A DNA stretch of 64,000 nucleotides from positions 19,297 through 83,296 of the forward strand of contig CAZIAK010000020.1 of NCBI GenBank assembly GCA_964537035.1. Reading direction: 5' to 3'. The stretch comes from an uncultured Phycisphaerales bacterium (GTDB taxonomy: Bacteria > Planctomycetota > B15-G4). Position 1 is the stretch's first letter. Each line of letters starts with the position of its first letter. The notes beneath the pieces are model-generated. The model worked only from the letters and a program-made list of their open reading frames with translations, was not told the origin of the DNA and ran no database searches. A program made the position numbers and the translations under genes. Below, piece by piece: positions 17,756-27,757 of the stretch.

Positions 17756-18921
17756 CAGCCGCCGCAGTGTCCACGCTCATCTCCCGGGCCGAAGAACTGG
17801 TTCGCGACGACAAACTCGCCAGCGTGCAAGCCTGGAAGGATCGCACCGGTGGGCTGGCCATGGGCTTCATGCCCGTGTACGCCCCCCGGGAACTGCTGGC
17901 CGCCCAGGGTGTGCTGCCCGTGGGCATCGTGGGCAACGGTGACCTGGAGATCATTCGCGGCGACGCGTTCTTTCAGTCGTACATCTGCCACATCCCCCGC
18001 AGCACGATCGAGATGGGCCTGAACGGCAGCCTCGATTGCCTCGACGGGATGATCTTCCCCGCCACCTGCGACGTGATCCGCAACCTGTCGGGCATGTGGA
18101 AGATGCGTTTCCCTGACAAGCTCTCCCGCTACCTCGATGTCCCGCAGGACTTCAATCACGAGATCGGCGGGTCGTTCTACCGCATGGAGCTCGAGAGCCT
18201 CAGCGACGAGTTGACCTCCCGAGGAGCCAGGCCCTACGACAAGGACGCCTTGCGCGAGGCCATCGCCGAATACAACGTGCAGCGAGGACTCATCCGCGAG
18301 CTCTACGCCCTGCGTCGCGACCAACCCTGGAAGATCCCCACCGCTGAACTCTACTGGATCTTGCGCGCCTGCCTGCTGCTTCCCGTAGACGAACAGATCC
18401 AGTGGTTGACCGAGTTCAGAGACACCGCCCTGGCAGACGACGAACGCAAGCCCATGGACCAGGCCCGGGTGCTGCTCACCGGGTCGTTCTGCGAGCAGCC
18501 CCCCATCGGCCTGATCAAGACCCTGGAGCGCAGCGGCTGCTACATCGTCGACGACGATCTCTGTCAGGTGCATCGTTGGATTCCCCAGGACATCAGCACC
18601 GAGGGTGACCCTCTCGACGCCCTGGTCACCGCCTTTCTGGACGACGGCGTGGCCAGCCCCATCCGCTACATCGACAAGGAACCCAAGGGCGAGGCCCTGG
18701 TCCGCCGGGTGGCGGAGAGCAAGGCCGAGGGTGTGCTGTTCTGCGCGCCCAGCTTCTGCGACCCGGCCCTGCTCGACCAACCCATGGCCGTCGCCGCCAT
18801 CGAGAAGGCCAACATCCCCTGGACAGGCTTCAAGTACTCCGAGAACAACGGGCAGTTCCAGGTCATACGCGAGCAGGCCGGCACCTTCGCCGACTCGATC
18901 AAGCTGTGGAGTGAAGCATGA
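17752..18921 (+). CDS. bcrC: benzoyl-CoA reductase (class I, ATP-dependent) subunit C; HgdB/BcrC family
   Basis: 389 aa in the 2-hydroxyacyl-CoA dehydratase D-component-like family. Size and position match the first gene of Thauera bcrCBAD / Rhodopseudomonas badDEFG. ATGA overlaps occur on both sides. Confidence 0.85.
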   Translation: MTAAAVSTLISRAEELVRDDKLASVQAWKDRTGGLAMGFMPVYAPRELLAAQGVLPVGIVGNGDLEIIRGDAFFQSYICHIPRSTIEMGLNGSLDCLDGMIFPATCDVIRNLSGMWKMRFPDKLSRYLDVPQDFNHEIGGSFYRMELESLSDELTSRGARPYDKDALREAIAEYNVQRGLIRELYALRRDQPWKIPTAELYWILRACLLLPVDEQIQWLTEFRDTALADDERKPMDQARVLLTGSFCEQPPIGLIKTLERSGCYIVDDDLCQVHRWIPQDISTEGDPLDALVTAFLDDGVASPIRYIDKEPKGEALVRRVAESKAEGVLFCAPSFCDPALLDQPMAVAAIEKANIPWTGFKYSENNGQFQVIREQAGTFADSIKLWSEA

Positions 18922-20222
18922 GCACCACCGATACAGACAACGCCGTCCACAAGGACAGCAGCCAGATTCGCCAGAAGGAGATGCTCGCCGATCACTACGG
19001 CAAGCTGGCAAACTCACCGGAGACCGGCGCCAAGTGCGTGTACACCTTCGTGCCAGGCAACCTGACCGAGCTGGTGCGCAGCTTCGATCTGCTGCCCGTG
19101 CTGCCCGAGATCAACGCCTTGCAGAGCGCCATGCGCGGCAAGACCGGGGCCTATATCAACCACGCTGAGAAGCTCGGGCACAGCGAAGATGTGTGCACCT
19201 ACGTCAAGGCCGATGTGGGCATGCTCAAGAACGGCAACATCGGCCCCACGGGCGAGCACCTTCCCGACCCGGACCTGCTGCTGCTCTCGTACACCGGCTG
19301 CTTCACCTTCATGAAGTGGTTCGAGATCCTGAAGCAAGAGTACGACTGCCCGGTGGTCATGCTGCACACGCCCTACCAGGGTGACGGTGAGATCACCGAC
19401 TCCATGCGTGACTACGTGGTCAAGCAACTGAAGGAGAAGGTCATCCCCGCCTTGGAGAAGGTCTCGGGCAAGTCCTATGACGAGGACCGCTTGAAAGAGA
19501 TGCTCGGTCACTCGGCCGTGGCCGAAGACGACCTGGTGGCGGTGCTGCAGTCGGCCAAGCACAAGCCCTCTCCCATCGACGCCTACTTCGGCGGGGTCTA
19601 CTACATCGGCCCCATGTTCACCGCCTTCAGAGGCACCGAAGAGGCCGTGGGCTACTACAAGGCCCTGCGCGCCGAGGTCGAAGAGCGCATGGCCCTGGGC
19701 CTCGGGCCGGTGACTCCCGACGGCAAGACCACCGCAGAGAAGTACCGCATCGTCGTCGAGGGCCCCCCAAACTGGACCGACTTCAGGACCTTCTGGCGCA
19801 TGTTCTCTGACGAAGGCGCGGTCTCCGTGGCCAGCACCTACACCAAGGTCGGCGGCACCTACGACTTCGGCTTCCGCCACGACCCGGCCCGCCCTCTCGA
19901 GAGCCTGGCCGAGTACTGCATGGGCTGCTACACGAACCTCAACCTGCCCAGCCGGGTCGACATGCTCTGCAACTACATCGAGGAGTATCAGGCCGACGGC
20001 CTGCTGATCAACTCGGTGAAGAGCTGCAACTCGTTCAGCGCGGGCCAGCTGATGATCCTGCGCGAGGTCGAGAACCGCACGGGTGTTCCCGGAGGGTTCA
20101 TCGAGAGCGACCTCGTCGACCCCCGCTACTTCTCGGCGGCCAACATCAAGAATCGCCTGGAGTCGTACTTCCAGATGATTGAACAGAAGCGGTCCAGCCC
20201 GGCGTTGGGAGCGATGGGATGA
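18918..20222 (+). CDS. bcrB: benzoyl-CoA reductase subunit B; HgdA/BcrB family
   Basis: 434 aa, paralogous family to bcrC, second position in the four-gene block, translationally coupled (ATGA overlaps at 18918 and 20219). Confidence 0.85.
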   Translation: MSTTDTDNAVHKDSSQIRQKEMLADHYGKLANSPETGAKCVYTFVPGNLTELVRSFDLLPVLPEINALQSAMRGKTGAYINHAEKLGHSEDVCTYVKADVGMLKNGNIGPTGEHLPDPDLLLLSYTGCFTFMKWFEILKQEYDCPVVMLHTPYQGDGEITDSMRDYVVKQLKEKVIPALEKVSGKSYDEDRLKEMLGHSAVAEDDLVAVLQSAKHKPSPIDAYFGGVYYIGPMFTAFRGTEEAVGYYKALRAEVEERMALGLGPVTPDGKTTAEKYRIVVEGPPNWTDFRTFWRMFSDEGAVSVASTYTKVGGTYDFGFRHDPARPLESLAEYCMGCYTNLNLPSRVDMLCNYIEEYQADGLLINSVKSCNSFSAGQLMILREVENRTGVPGGFIESDLVDPRYFSAANIKNRLESYFQMIEQKRSSPALGAMG

Positions 20223-21541
20223 AATACTGCGTAGGCATCGACCTGGGCTCGACCACCACCAAGGCGGTCGTCCTCGACGAAGAGGGCAACGTGCTGGGCC
20301 AGGGCATCACCAATAGCCGCAGCAACTATGAGGTCGCCTGCGAGGTGGCCCTGGGCGAGGCGCTGATCAGGGCCCGCTTCGGCATGATGGAAGCTCGGCT
20401 CGGAGACCTTGACAGCGAGACCCGCGCCGAGCTTCTTGGCGAGCTCGAGCGGCTCTTTCGGGCCGAGCAGTACAGCGAGCAGCTGGCGATGTTCGGCAAG
20501 GTCGTCCGACGCCTGGCAGACGAGAACAAGGCAGACCCTCAGATCTCCGAGGCCCTGACGGCCATCACTTCATCCATGCAAGACGAGGTGGGTGACCTGT
20601 TCGCTCCCGGCGCCTCACGCAAGAGCGACTTCTTTCGAGACCTGGCCGGCAGCCGCTTCCTGAAGGAAGCCGAGGGCATCGCCCGCCGCGGCGAAGTCAG
20701 CTTCGATGGACTCGTCGGGCTCTTCGACAAGGCCATCCTGGAAGCCGAGAACTGCCCGCCCAGCGCCGCCTTCGAAGACCACGCCCGCTCTGCCTTGACC
20801 ACCATGACCAAGCCCCCCGCTGAGCTGGAAGCCGCGGTGGAGTACATCTCAAAGCTCCCGTTGGAGCAGGCCGTCAGCGTGGGCACGGGCTACGGGCGGG
20901 CGACCCTGCCCTTCGAGAAGGACTGCATCCGTTCAGAGATTCTCTGCCACGGCCTGGGCGCCCACGCCATGTTCCCGGGCACCCGCACCGTGCTCGACAT
21001 CGGCGGACAGGACACCAAGGCCATCCAGGTCGATGACCGGGGCATCGTCACCAGCTTCCAGATGAATGACCGCTGCGCTGCCGGCTGTGGACGCTATCTC
21101 GGCTACATCGCCGACGAGATGAACCTGGGCCTTCACGAACTGGGCCCCATGGCCTGCAGCGCCAAGCGCACGGTGAAGATCAACTCGACCTGCACGGTGT
21201 TCGCTGGCGCCGAGTTGCGCGAGCGGCTCTCCCTGGGCGAGAAGCGCGAGGACATCCTGGCCGGATTGCACCGGGCCATCGTGCTCAGGGCCATGTCCTT
21301 GCTGGCTCGCTCCGGCGGCGTGCACGACGAGTTCACCTTCACCGGAGGGGTGGCCAAGAACCCCGCTGCAGTCGGCGCGCTCGAGAAGCTCATCGGCGAG
21401 AACTACGGCGAGCGGACGATCAACATCTCTCCCGATTCGATCTACACCGGCGCCCTCGGAGCGGCCCTCTTCGCCTGGCGCGACTGGACAGCGCGCATGA
21501 GCGCAGCGGATGAGCCTGCCCTGGCTGAAAGGAACAACTGA
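20219..21541 (+). CDS. bcrA: benzoyl-CoA reductase subunit A (BcrAD/BadFG-type ATPase with a long helical insertion)
   Basis: 440 aa with an N-terminal ASKHA phosphate-1 motif ([17 protein letters not shown]). [10 protein letters not shown] and [12 protein letters not shown] carry the cluster-ligand Cys context. Size matches Thauera BcrA. Confidence 0.88.
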   Translation: MKYCVGIDLGSTTTKAVVLDEEGNVLGQGITNSRSNYEVACEVALGEALIRARFGMMEARLGDLDSETRAELLGELERLFRAEQYSEQLAMFGKVVRRLADENKADPQISEALTAITSSMQDEVGDLFAPGASRKSDFFRDLAGSRFLKEAEGIARRGEVSFDGLVGLFDKAILEAENCPPSAAFEDHARSALTTMTKPPAELEAAVEYISKLPLEQAVSVGTGYGRATLPFEKDCIRSEILCHGLGAHAMFPGTRTVLDIGGQDTKAIQVDDRGIVTSFQMNDRCAAGCGRYLGYIADEMNLGLHELGPMACSAKRTVKINSTCTVFAGAELRERLSLGEKREDILAGLHRAIVLRAMSLLARSGGVHDEFTFTGGVAKNPAAVGALEKLIGENYGERTINISPDSIYTGALGAALFAWRDWTARMSAADEPALAERNN

Positions 21542-22404
21542 TGACTGACGCCACATCTGCAGCAGACGCCCCCCTGGTCGCGGGTATCGACGTGGGCAGC
21601 TCCGCCGTCAAGGTGGTCTTCATGCGCGTCCCCCGAGACGGGCACCCCGAGATGCTGCTGGGTCGCCGGGAGCGCATCCGCCGCCGTGATCCCCAAGAGG
21701 TGGTGGCGGGGTTGTATCAGACGTGCCTCGACGAACTCGATCTGTCCAACGACGACCTGACCTACGTGGCCACCACGGGCGAAGGCGAGCTGGTCCCCTT
21801 TCGCACCGGGCACTTCTACGGCATGACCACCCACGCCCGGGGCGGCCTCTTCCTCGACCCCGAGGCCAGGGCGATCATCGACATCGGTGCGCTCCACGCC
21901 CGGGCGGTGATGATGGACGAGCGCAGCAAGGTGCTCGGCTATCGCATGACCAGCCAGTGCGCCAGCGGCTCCGGCCAGTTCTTGGAGAACATCTGCCGCT
22001 ACCTGGGCATCACCATCGACGAGATCGGACCGCTCTCGCTCGCAGCGGACAAGCCCGAGTCCTGCTCGTCGATCTGCGCCGTGCTCGCCGAGACCGACGT
22101 GATCAACATGGTCTCCAGGGGCATCACCGCGCCGAACATCGTCAAGGGCATCCACCAGTCCATGGCCGGGCGCTATCTCAAGCTGGCCACGTCGCTCGGT
22201 GTCACAGGCGTGGTGCTGATCACCGGCGGCCTGTCGTCTGACGAGGGGCTGCTGGCGGCCATGTCCGAGCTCTCTGAGGAGCAAGGCGCTGGCATCGAAG
22301 TGCGCGCCCACGCCGACTCCGTGTTGGCCGGTGCCATCGGCGCCGCCATCTGGGGAGCCTTCCGGGCGAGCAAGCTGGCAGCCAAAGGTGTGGCCCTGGT
22401 CTGA
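21541..22404 (+). CDS. bcrD: benzoyl-CoA reductase subunit D (BcrAD/BadFG-type ATPase)
   Basis: 287 aa with VAGIDVGSSAVKVVFM, DIGALHARAV and TSQCASGSGQFLE. The start overlaps the bcrA stop by 1 nt (TGATG). Confidence 0.88.
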   Translation: MTDATSAADAPLVAGIDVGSSAVKVVFMRVPRDGHPEMLLGRRERIRRRDPQEVVAGLYQTCLDELDLSNDDLTYVATTGEGELVPFRTGHFYGMTTHARGGLFLDPEARAIIDIGALHARAVMMDERSKVLGYRMTSQCASGSGQFLENICRYLGITIDEIGPLSLAADKPESCSSICAVLAETDVINMVSRGITAPNIVKGIHQSMAGRYLKLATSLGVTGVVLITGGLSSDEGLLAAMSELSEEQGAGIEVRAHADSVLAGAIGAAIWGAFRASKLAAKGVALV

Positions 22405-22413
22405 GTTGTCACC

Positions 22414-23175
22414 ATGACCGATCCAGCGACCCTACTCTCACTGCACGACCGTGTGGCCTTGGTCACCGGGGCCTCCGGCGGCATCGGTCGTGCCGTAGTG
22501 GCCCAGCTCTCTGAAGCTGGCGCCACCGTAGTGGCTACCGACCTGCAGCCCCACGACGACCACGACGGCGACTTCATCCCCTGCGAGCTCACCACTCCCG
22601 GTGCGGTGGGCGAGCTGGTCGACACCGTTGAGCGACGTCATGGGCGCCTCGACATGGTCGTGCATTGCGCGGGCATCACCCGCGACCGGGTGCTCTGGAA
22701 GCTGAGCGATGCCGACTGGGACGATGTCCTGTCGGTCAACCTGGGCACGGCCTTTCGGCTCTTGCGCCGGGTCACGCCGCTCATGCGTGCGACCACCGAG
22801 GCCGACGGCGCCGCTGGGCGCTTGGCGGACGGCTCCGTGGTGCTGGTGACCTCGATCAACGGTGAGCGAGGAAAGTTCGGGCAGGCCAACTACGCCGCCA
22901 GCAAGGCCGGGCTCATCGGCCTGGGCCGCACGGCAGCGAAGGAACTGGGCCGCTTCTCCGTACGCGTGAACCTGTTGGCTCCGGGGCTCATCGAGACGGC
23001 CATGACCGCCGAGCTTCCCGACGCCGCCCGCGCCGCCGCCCTGGCCGAGACAGCCCTGAATCGCTTCGGCCAGCCTGAAGACGTGGCCCGTTCCATTCTC
23101 TTCCTGGTCAGCGATCTGGCCCGCCACGTCACCGGACAGGTGCTCCGGGTGGACGGCGGCCAGCTCATGGCCTGA
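22414..23175 (+). CDS. short-chain dehydrogenase/reductase (FabG-like 3-oxoacyl reductase family)
   Basis: 253 aa with TGASGGIGRAV (cofactor motif), NYAASKAGLIGL (YxxxK) and a C-terminal GQVLRVDGG. Starts 9 bp after bcrD. Confidence 0.9.
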   Translation: MTDPATLLSLHDRVALVTGASGGIGRAVVAQLSEAGATVVATDLQPHDDHDGDFIPCELTTPGAVGELVDTVERRHGRLDMVVHCAGITRDRVLWKLSDADWDDVLSVNLGTAFRLLRRVTPLMRATTEADGAAGRLADGSVVLVTSINGERGKFGQANYAASKAGLIGLGRTAAKELGRFSVRVNLLAPGLIETAMTAELPDAARAAALAETALNRFGQPEDVARSILFLVSDLARHVTGQVLRVDGGQLMA

Positions 23176-23221
23176 CCGCACAGCGACCTCACACAGCACA
23201 CGAACTCCCGACGCACACGCA

Positions 23222-23716
23222 ATGGAGCAGCAGAACATGCAGCAACAGGACATGCGCGAGCCCAGTCTCGAACACAGCACCGTCACCGTACGAGGCCTCC
23301 TCCCCGAGGACATGCAGGCCGTGATCGCCCTCGACGCCAAGACCACCGGCCGTCGGCGGGAGGAGTACTTCAAGGTCAAGCTCGAGCAGAACCTGGTGGA
23401 GACGGGTATCAAGGTCTCCTTGGCTGCCGAATACGACGATCTCTTTGCCGGCTTCCTGCTGGCCCGGGTGTTCTACGGTGAGTTCGGTCAGAGCGAACAG
23501 GTCGCCGTGCTGGACACCCTGGTGGCGCACCCCGACTTCCGCCGCAAGGGCATCGGCAAGGCCCTGCTTGAGCAGCTCTGCATGAACCTCAAGGCCCTGG
23601 GTGTCACCCGGCTGCAGACCGAGGTGCTCTGGGACGACATGGACCTGATACGCTTCTTCCACGACGTCGGTTTCAGCCCGGCCCAGCGTCTTTGCCTCGA
23701 CTACGACCTCGCCTGA
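23222..23716 (+). CDS. GNAT-family N-acetyltransferase
   Basis: 164 aa with the acetyl-CoA binding motif LVAHPDFRRKGIGKALL. Confidence 0.85.
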   Translation: MEQQNMQQQDMREPSLEHSTVTVRGLLPEDMQAVIALDAKTTGRRREEYFKVKLEQNLVETGIKVSLAAEYDDLFAGFLLARVFYGEFGQSEQVAVLDTLVAHPDFRRKGIGKALLEQLCMNLKALGVTRLQTEVLWDDMDLIRFFHDVGFSPAQRLCLDYDLA

Positions 23717-23719
23717 CGA

Positions 23720-25117
23720 GTGAGCCGGAAGCAGCGGTCACGAGCTCACCCTGACCCGCTCCCTCCTCTGATCGAAGGCCTCACTGACTTGCACGCCTCT
23801 TTCCCCTGGCGGCGTGCCGCCCTGTGCTCCTCCCTGCGACTCGGTCTGCTGGTCACAGCCACGATGGCGATGGCTGGGCCGGTCGTGGCGGCCCGAGCCG
23901 ACGACGAGGAGCGCCCACCGGTCTGGCAGCTGGCCCAGAAGATCATCGCTGCAGAGCAGCTAGAGCGGGCCAGCAACGTGGTCTTCGACTTCATGGCGGG
24001 CGTCCCCGAGCGGCGCGATCAGGTGACCGGCACCGTGTCCCGGATCACCTCGGCCCTGACCCAGCCCTGGACCCCTCCCGCATTGGCCAAAGAGTTGCGC
24101 GACGGGCTGGCAGCCCCCGCCGCCAAGACCAAGGGTGATCGTTGGGCAACGCTCATGCCGCAGATCGGCGAGTGGCTCGATCTGGACGTGGCCGCCAGCG
24201 CCCGAGCCAGCGACGACTCCCCCGGGCTCGCGGCGCTCGAGTTGCAGTGGGCGGTTGTCAACGACAGCGACGTCACGGGTGCCGCGCTGCTCAGCGCTCT
24301 CAGTGAGTTCATGGCCCTCGCCCATGCAGCAGCGGCCAACGCCCTCTCTGGTTTCAGCCCCGAGCAGCAGTCCCTGATCGAACGACTGCGGGGTGAAGTG
24401 CTCACTCAACCCGGGCAAGACCGAGCGCGACTGCTCGCCGTGACCGACGTCGCTCTCAGGCTCACCGAAGACGCTTTCGTCAGCGGCTTGGCCAAGCGCC
24501 TCAAGGGCTACAAGCCCGGCAAGGGCAGCCCACGGCCACCCGCCGGTTTCAAGAAGGACATCGTCGCCGTGGTCGGAGACAGCGACGAGAACAGAGTCGT
24601 CCTGGGCGGCCGCAAGACCAGCGTCTACGGCGCCCCGGCCGCGTTGATCATCGACCTGGGAGGCGACGACAGCTACAGCGCCTGGGCCTACGCCCAGGGA
24701 GGCGGTCTGGGCCCTGGGCTGGCCGCGCTCATTGACGGCACCGGAGACGACACCTACACCTGCCGATCCGTGGCGCACGCCGGCATGGCCTGGGATGAAG
24801 GGGTCGGCTATTTCTTCGATGATGAAGGCAACGGCACGTATCGCCTGGGCGGCGCGGCCCAGACCGGTGTGGCCATCTTCGTCGACGGCGACGGCAAGGA
24901 TCAGTACCAGAGCGGCAAGGAAGGTCAGGGCGGCACCGGCGCCAGCGAGTACCACGACAAGCCCGCCTTTGCCCTGATGGTCGATCTGGGCGGAGACAAG
25001 GACAGCTACAGTGCACCCGGTCGAAAGGACGGCGAGCGCATCGCCACCACCGGCGTGGCGATCTTCCTGGATACCAAGGCGAAGACTCTTGAGAAGGCCA
25101 TCGCGGCCATCAAGTGA
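23720..25117 (+). CDS. secreted hypothetical protein with a C-terminal array of G-x-D/G-x-D-x-Y beta-helix-like repeats
   Basis: GTG start 3 bp after the GNAT stop; hydrophobic segment LGLLVTATMAMAGPVVAA. The C-terminal third contains GGDDSY, GTGDDTY, DEGNGTY, GDGKDQY and GGDKDSY at a spacing of roughly 20-25 aa. Confidence 0.6.
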   Translation: MSRKQRSRAHPDPLPPLIEGLTDLHASFPWRRAALCSSLRLGLLVTATMAMAGPVVAARADDEERPPVWQLAQKIIAAEQLERASNVVFDFMAGVPERRDQVTGTVSRITSALTQPWTPPALAKELRDGLAAPAAKTKGDRWATLMPQIGEWLDLDVAASARASDDSPGLAALELQWAVVNDSDVTGAALLSALSEFMALAHAAAANALSGFSPEQQSLIERLRGEVLTQPGQDRARLLAVTDVALRLTEDAFVSGLAKRLKGYKPGKGSPRPPAGFKKDIVAVVGDSDENRVVLGGRKTSVYGAPAALIIDLGGDDSYSAWAYAQGGGLGPGLAALIDGTGDDTYTCRSVAHAGMAWDEGVGYFFDDEGNGTYRLGGAAQTGVAIFVDGDGKDQYQSGKEGQGGTGASEYHDKPAFALMVDLGGDKDSYSAPGRKDGERIATTGVAIFLDTKAKTLEKAIAAIK

Positions 25118-25126
25118 GACGCTGCT

Positions 25127-27661
25127 TCAGCAGTCCTTGGCGCAGGATCCGCAACCACCGTCTGCAATCCGGGAGTTCTTCTGCCGGGCCAGAGAGCCCA
25201 GCAGTTCGGCGAGTTCGGCGGCTATGAGCGGCTTGCCGAGATGGCCGTCCATGCCCGCTTCGAGGCAGCGCTGTCGCTCGGCCTTCAACACGTGAGCGCT
25301 CAGGGCGATGATCGGCACGGGCGCTGAGCCCGCCGCTTGCTCTGCGGCGCGAATGCGTCGGGTGGCCTCCAGGCCATCCATGCGAGGCATCTGCACATCC
25401 ATGAAGATCACGTCGTAGCTTCCTGTCGCCGCGTGGGCCACAGCCTCCTCGCCGTCCGCCGCCACCTCCACCTGACAACCATGGCGACCGAGCAGCAGGC
25501 CGCAGACTCTCTGGTTCACCGGGTTGTCTTCTACCAACAGCACCGACAGCTCGTGTTGCCTGTGCTCGTTCTCGGATGGGCCCCGTTGAGGGTCGGCTGA
25601 GACCAGCCCCCAGGTGCGTTCGAGCGCACTGCGCAAGCTGTCCTGGCGCACTGGCTTGGACAGGCTCCCAGCGATGAGGCCGTCGCTTGACTCAGCGGCA
25701 GCGGAGTCTCTCGCCGACGACAACAGCAGCACAGGCGATGCCAGCCACGAGGGATGCTCGCGGAGCGACCGGGCCAGCTCCAGGCCTCCCATGCCTGGCA
25801 TCTGCTGATCAACAAGGGCCACATCCCAATGCCTCACGTCCAGATGATCGAGCAAGGTCAGCGCCCGTGGCCCAGACCTCACCTCGTGGACCTTGCACCC
25901 CCAGCCTTCAAGCGTGCGCCGCAGCAGAGCGCGGCGAGTCCGGTTGCCATCGGCGAGCAACACGCGCCGGTCCCTTATGGACGGACGTTCCTTGACCGCA
26001 CGCAAATCACTCGTCTCTGCAAGATCCATGGCCAAGGTGACGGAGAAGGTGCTGCCCTGGCCCGGCTCGCTGGTCACCCCCAGAGACCCGCCCATCAACT
26101 CGCTGAGCTGGCGGCAGATCGAGAGCCCCAGCCCCGTCCCTCCGAAGTGGCGTGTCGTGGATTCGTCGGCCTGGGCGAAGGCATCGAAGATCGCATCCTG
26201 ACGCTGGGGCGGGATGCCGATGCCCGTGTCTCGCACGCTGAAACGGACGATGACCGTGTCACCCGCCATGCGTTCCCGCGACACCGACAGCACGACCTCG
26301 CCTCGTTCGGTGAACTTGATCCCGTTGCTGCCCAGATTCGTGAGCACCTGGCGGAGTCGCACCGGGTCACCCTTCACGACCCGGGGCAGCTCAGGGCCGA
26401 CATCGACCACCAGCTCAAGACCCTTGCGCTGAGCCTGGTGGACGAGCAACTCACCCACGTCTTCGAGTGTCTGCCGCAAGTCCACGGGGACGGACTCGAT
26501 GGTCATCCCACCCGCCTCGATCTTGCTCACGTCCAGGATGTCGTTGAGGATGCACAGCAGCGTCTCCGCGCTGCTCCGGACCGTGCCCAGCATGTCGCTC
26601 TGGGTGTCATCCAACGGCGTGTCCCCCAGCAACTCGACCATGCCCAGGATGCCGTTCATGGGCGTCCTGATCTCGTGGCTCATGTTGGCCAAGAATGCCG
26701 CCTTTGCCTGAGCGGTCTGCAGGGCTTCTTCACGAGCTCGCAGCAGCTCAACCCGGGCTTGCTCCCGTGCCATCGCCAAGGCCAGCAGCTCGCCCACCCG
26801 ACCGAGCAACTCGAACCGGGCAGCGCCGCGATTGGGAAACGGATCGGTGTAGAGGAAGAGCACACCATGGACCACGCCGTCCGCCACCGCAGGCACGATG
26901 TAGTGCCCGTGGGCCGCCATGCCTTCGAAGCGATGCTCGTGCCGGGCATCGGCGAAGCAATCGTCCGAGATGATGATCTCGCCAGACTCGGCCGCACGCC
27001 CGCACAGACACGCACCCAGGGGGACGCGCTGCTCTCGGGCCAGAAATTCATCGGTGTAGCTCCCGTGGTGGGCGAACATCTCGAGCTCACCGGCGTCGCT
27101 GTTCAGCGAGAAGAAGCCCACCTTGTCCTGCCAAGCGGCGCCGGCCATGGAGGCCACGGTGCTGACAACGTTCTGGATGCGATCCTGCAGCGGCCGGTCC
27201 TCGGCCATGAGCCGGGCCACCACCGCTCGCATCTCGGCGGCCTCGAGAGAATGGGCTTCCTCCTCTTCTTGGGCCACGACCTCCGTGATGTCCCGCTGCA
27301 CGGAAACAAAGCCCGTGATCTCACCCTGCTCCCCCAACATGGGTGTGATCGTGGCAGACGACCACCAGGTCTCCGAACCCTCCGCCACCACCCTGCGATT
27401 GAGGAAGCGCCCGGTCCAGCTGTGCCCTTCTGCCAGAGCCTCCCGCAGCTCGGTGTAGGTCTCCCGAGGGGTCTCGCCGCTGGCCAGGATCTTCGGGTTG
27501 CGACCGACCACTGCCTCCAGCGTCAGGCCGGTCAGCAAGCTGAAGCCCCGGTTGACGCTGACGATGCGGCAATCACGATCGGTGACCACCACAGCCTCGG
27601 GAATAGCATCCAGGATGGCCTGGGATCTCGCAAACGGTTCGTTACGAAATGACTGTTCCAT
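25127..27661 (-). CDS. hybrid sensor histidine kinase/response regulator (PAS-GAF-HisKA-HATPase_c-REC-REC)
   Basis: I chose the start at ATG 27661 (MEQSFRNEP), preceded by GAGGGG 7 nt upstream. The listed ORF upstream of that is antisense to the ankyrin gene. Motifs: H-box [18 protein letters not shown] boxes [12 protein letters not shown] and DTGIGIP...GGTGLGLSI, and two receiver domains (VLLADGN..., [10 protein letters not shown]...[14 protein letters not shown]). Confidence 0.9.
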   Translation of the reverse strand: MEQSFRNEPFARSQAILDAIPEAVVVTDRDCRIVSVNRGFSLLTGLTLEAVVGRNPKILASGETPRETYTELREALAEGHSWTGRFLNRRVVAEGSETWWSSATITPMLGEQGEITGFVSVQRDITEVVAQEEEEAHSLEAAEMRAVVARLMAEDRPLQDRIQNVVSTVASMAGAAWQDKVGFFSLNSDAGELEMFAHHGSYTDEFLAREQRVPLGACLCGRAAESGEIIISDDCFADARHEHRFEGMAAHGHYIVPAVADGVVHGVLFLYTDPFPNRGAARFELLGRVGELLALAMAREQARVELLRAREEALQTAQAKAAFLANMSHEIRTPMNGILGMVELLGDTPLDDTQSDMLGTVRSSAETLLCILNDILDVSKIEAGGMTIESVPVDLRQTLEDVGELLVHQAQRKGLELVVDVGPELPRVVKGDPVRLRQVLTNLGSNGIKFTERGEVVLSVSRERMAGDTVIVRFSVRDTGIGIPPQRQDAIFDAFAQADESTTRHFGGTGLGLSICRQLSELMGGSLGVTSEPGQGSTFSVTLAMDLAETSDLRAVKERPSIRDRRVLLADGNRTRRALLRRTLEGWGCKVHEVRSGPRALTLLDHLDVRHWDVALVDQQMPGMGGLELARSLREHPSWLASPVLLLSSARDSAAAESSDGLIAGSLSKPVRQDSLRSALERTWGLVSADPQRGPSENEHRQHELSVLLVEDNPVNQRVCGLLLGRHGCQVEVAADGEEAVAHAATGSYDVIFMDVQMPRMDGLEATRRIRAAEQAAGSAPVPIIALSAHVLKAERQRCLEAGMDGHLGKPLIAAELAELLGSLARQKNSRIADGGCGSCAKDC

Positions 27662-27757
27662 AAAAATCCCCTCGGCTGACACGACCGCCCGTCTTGAGTA
27701 CGGTTGCGAATCCACTCCCATCGCTGCCCTGCGGGGCTTTCTCTGCGGAAAACCACC

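Noticed and set aside
27702-27713. ggttgcgaatcc, which superficially resembles a tRNA T-arm (GGTTCGAATCC), in the kinase/ankyrin intergenic region.
   Set aside because: It has an extra base relative to the T-loop consensus. I could not find an acceptor stem, a D-arm or an anticodon-arm pairing around it. The 96-bp gap is more simply the divergent promoter region.
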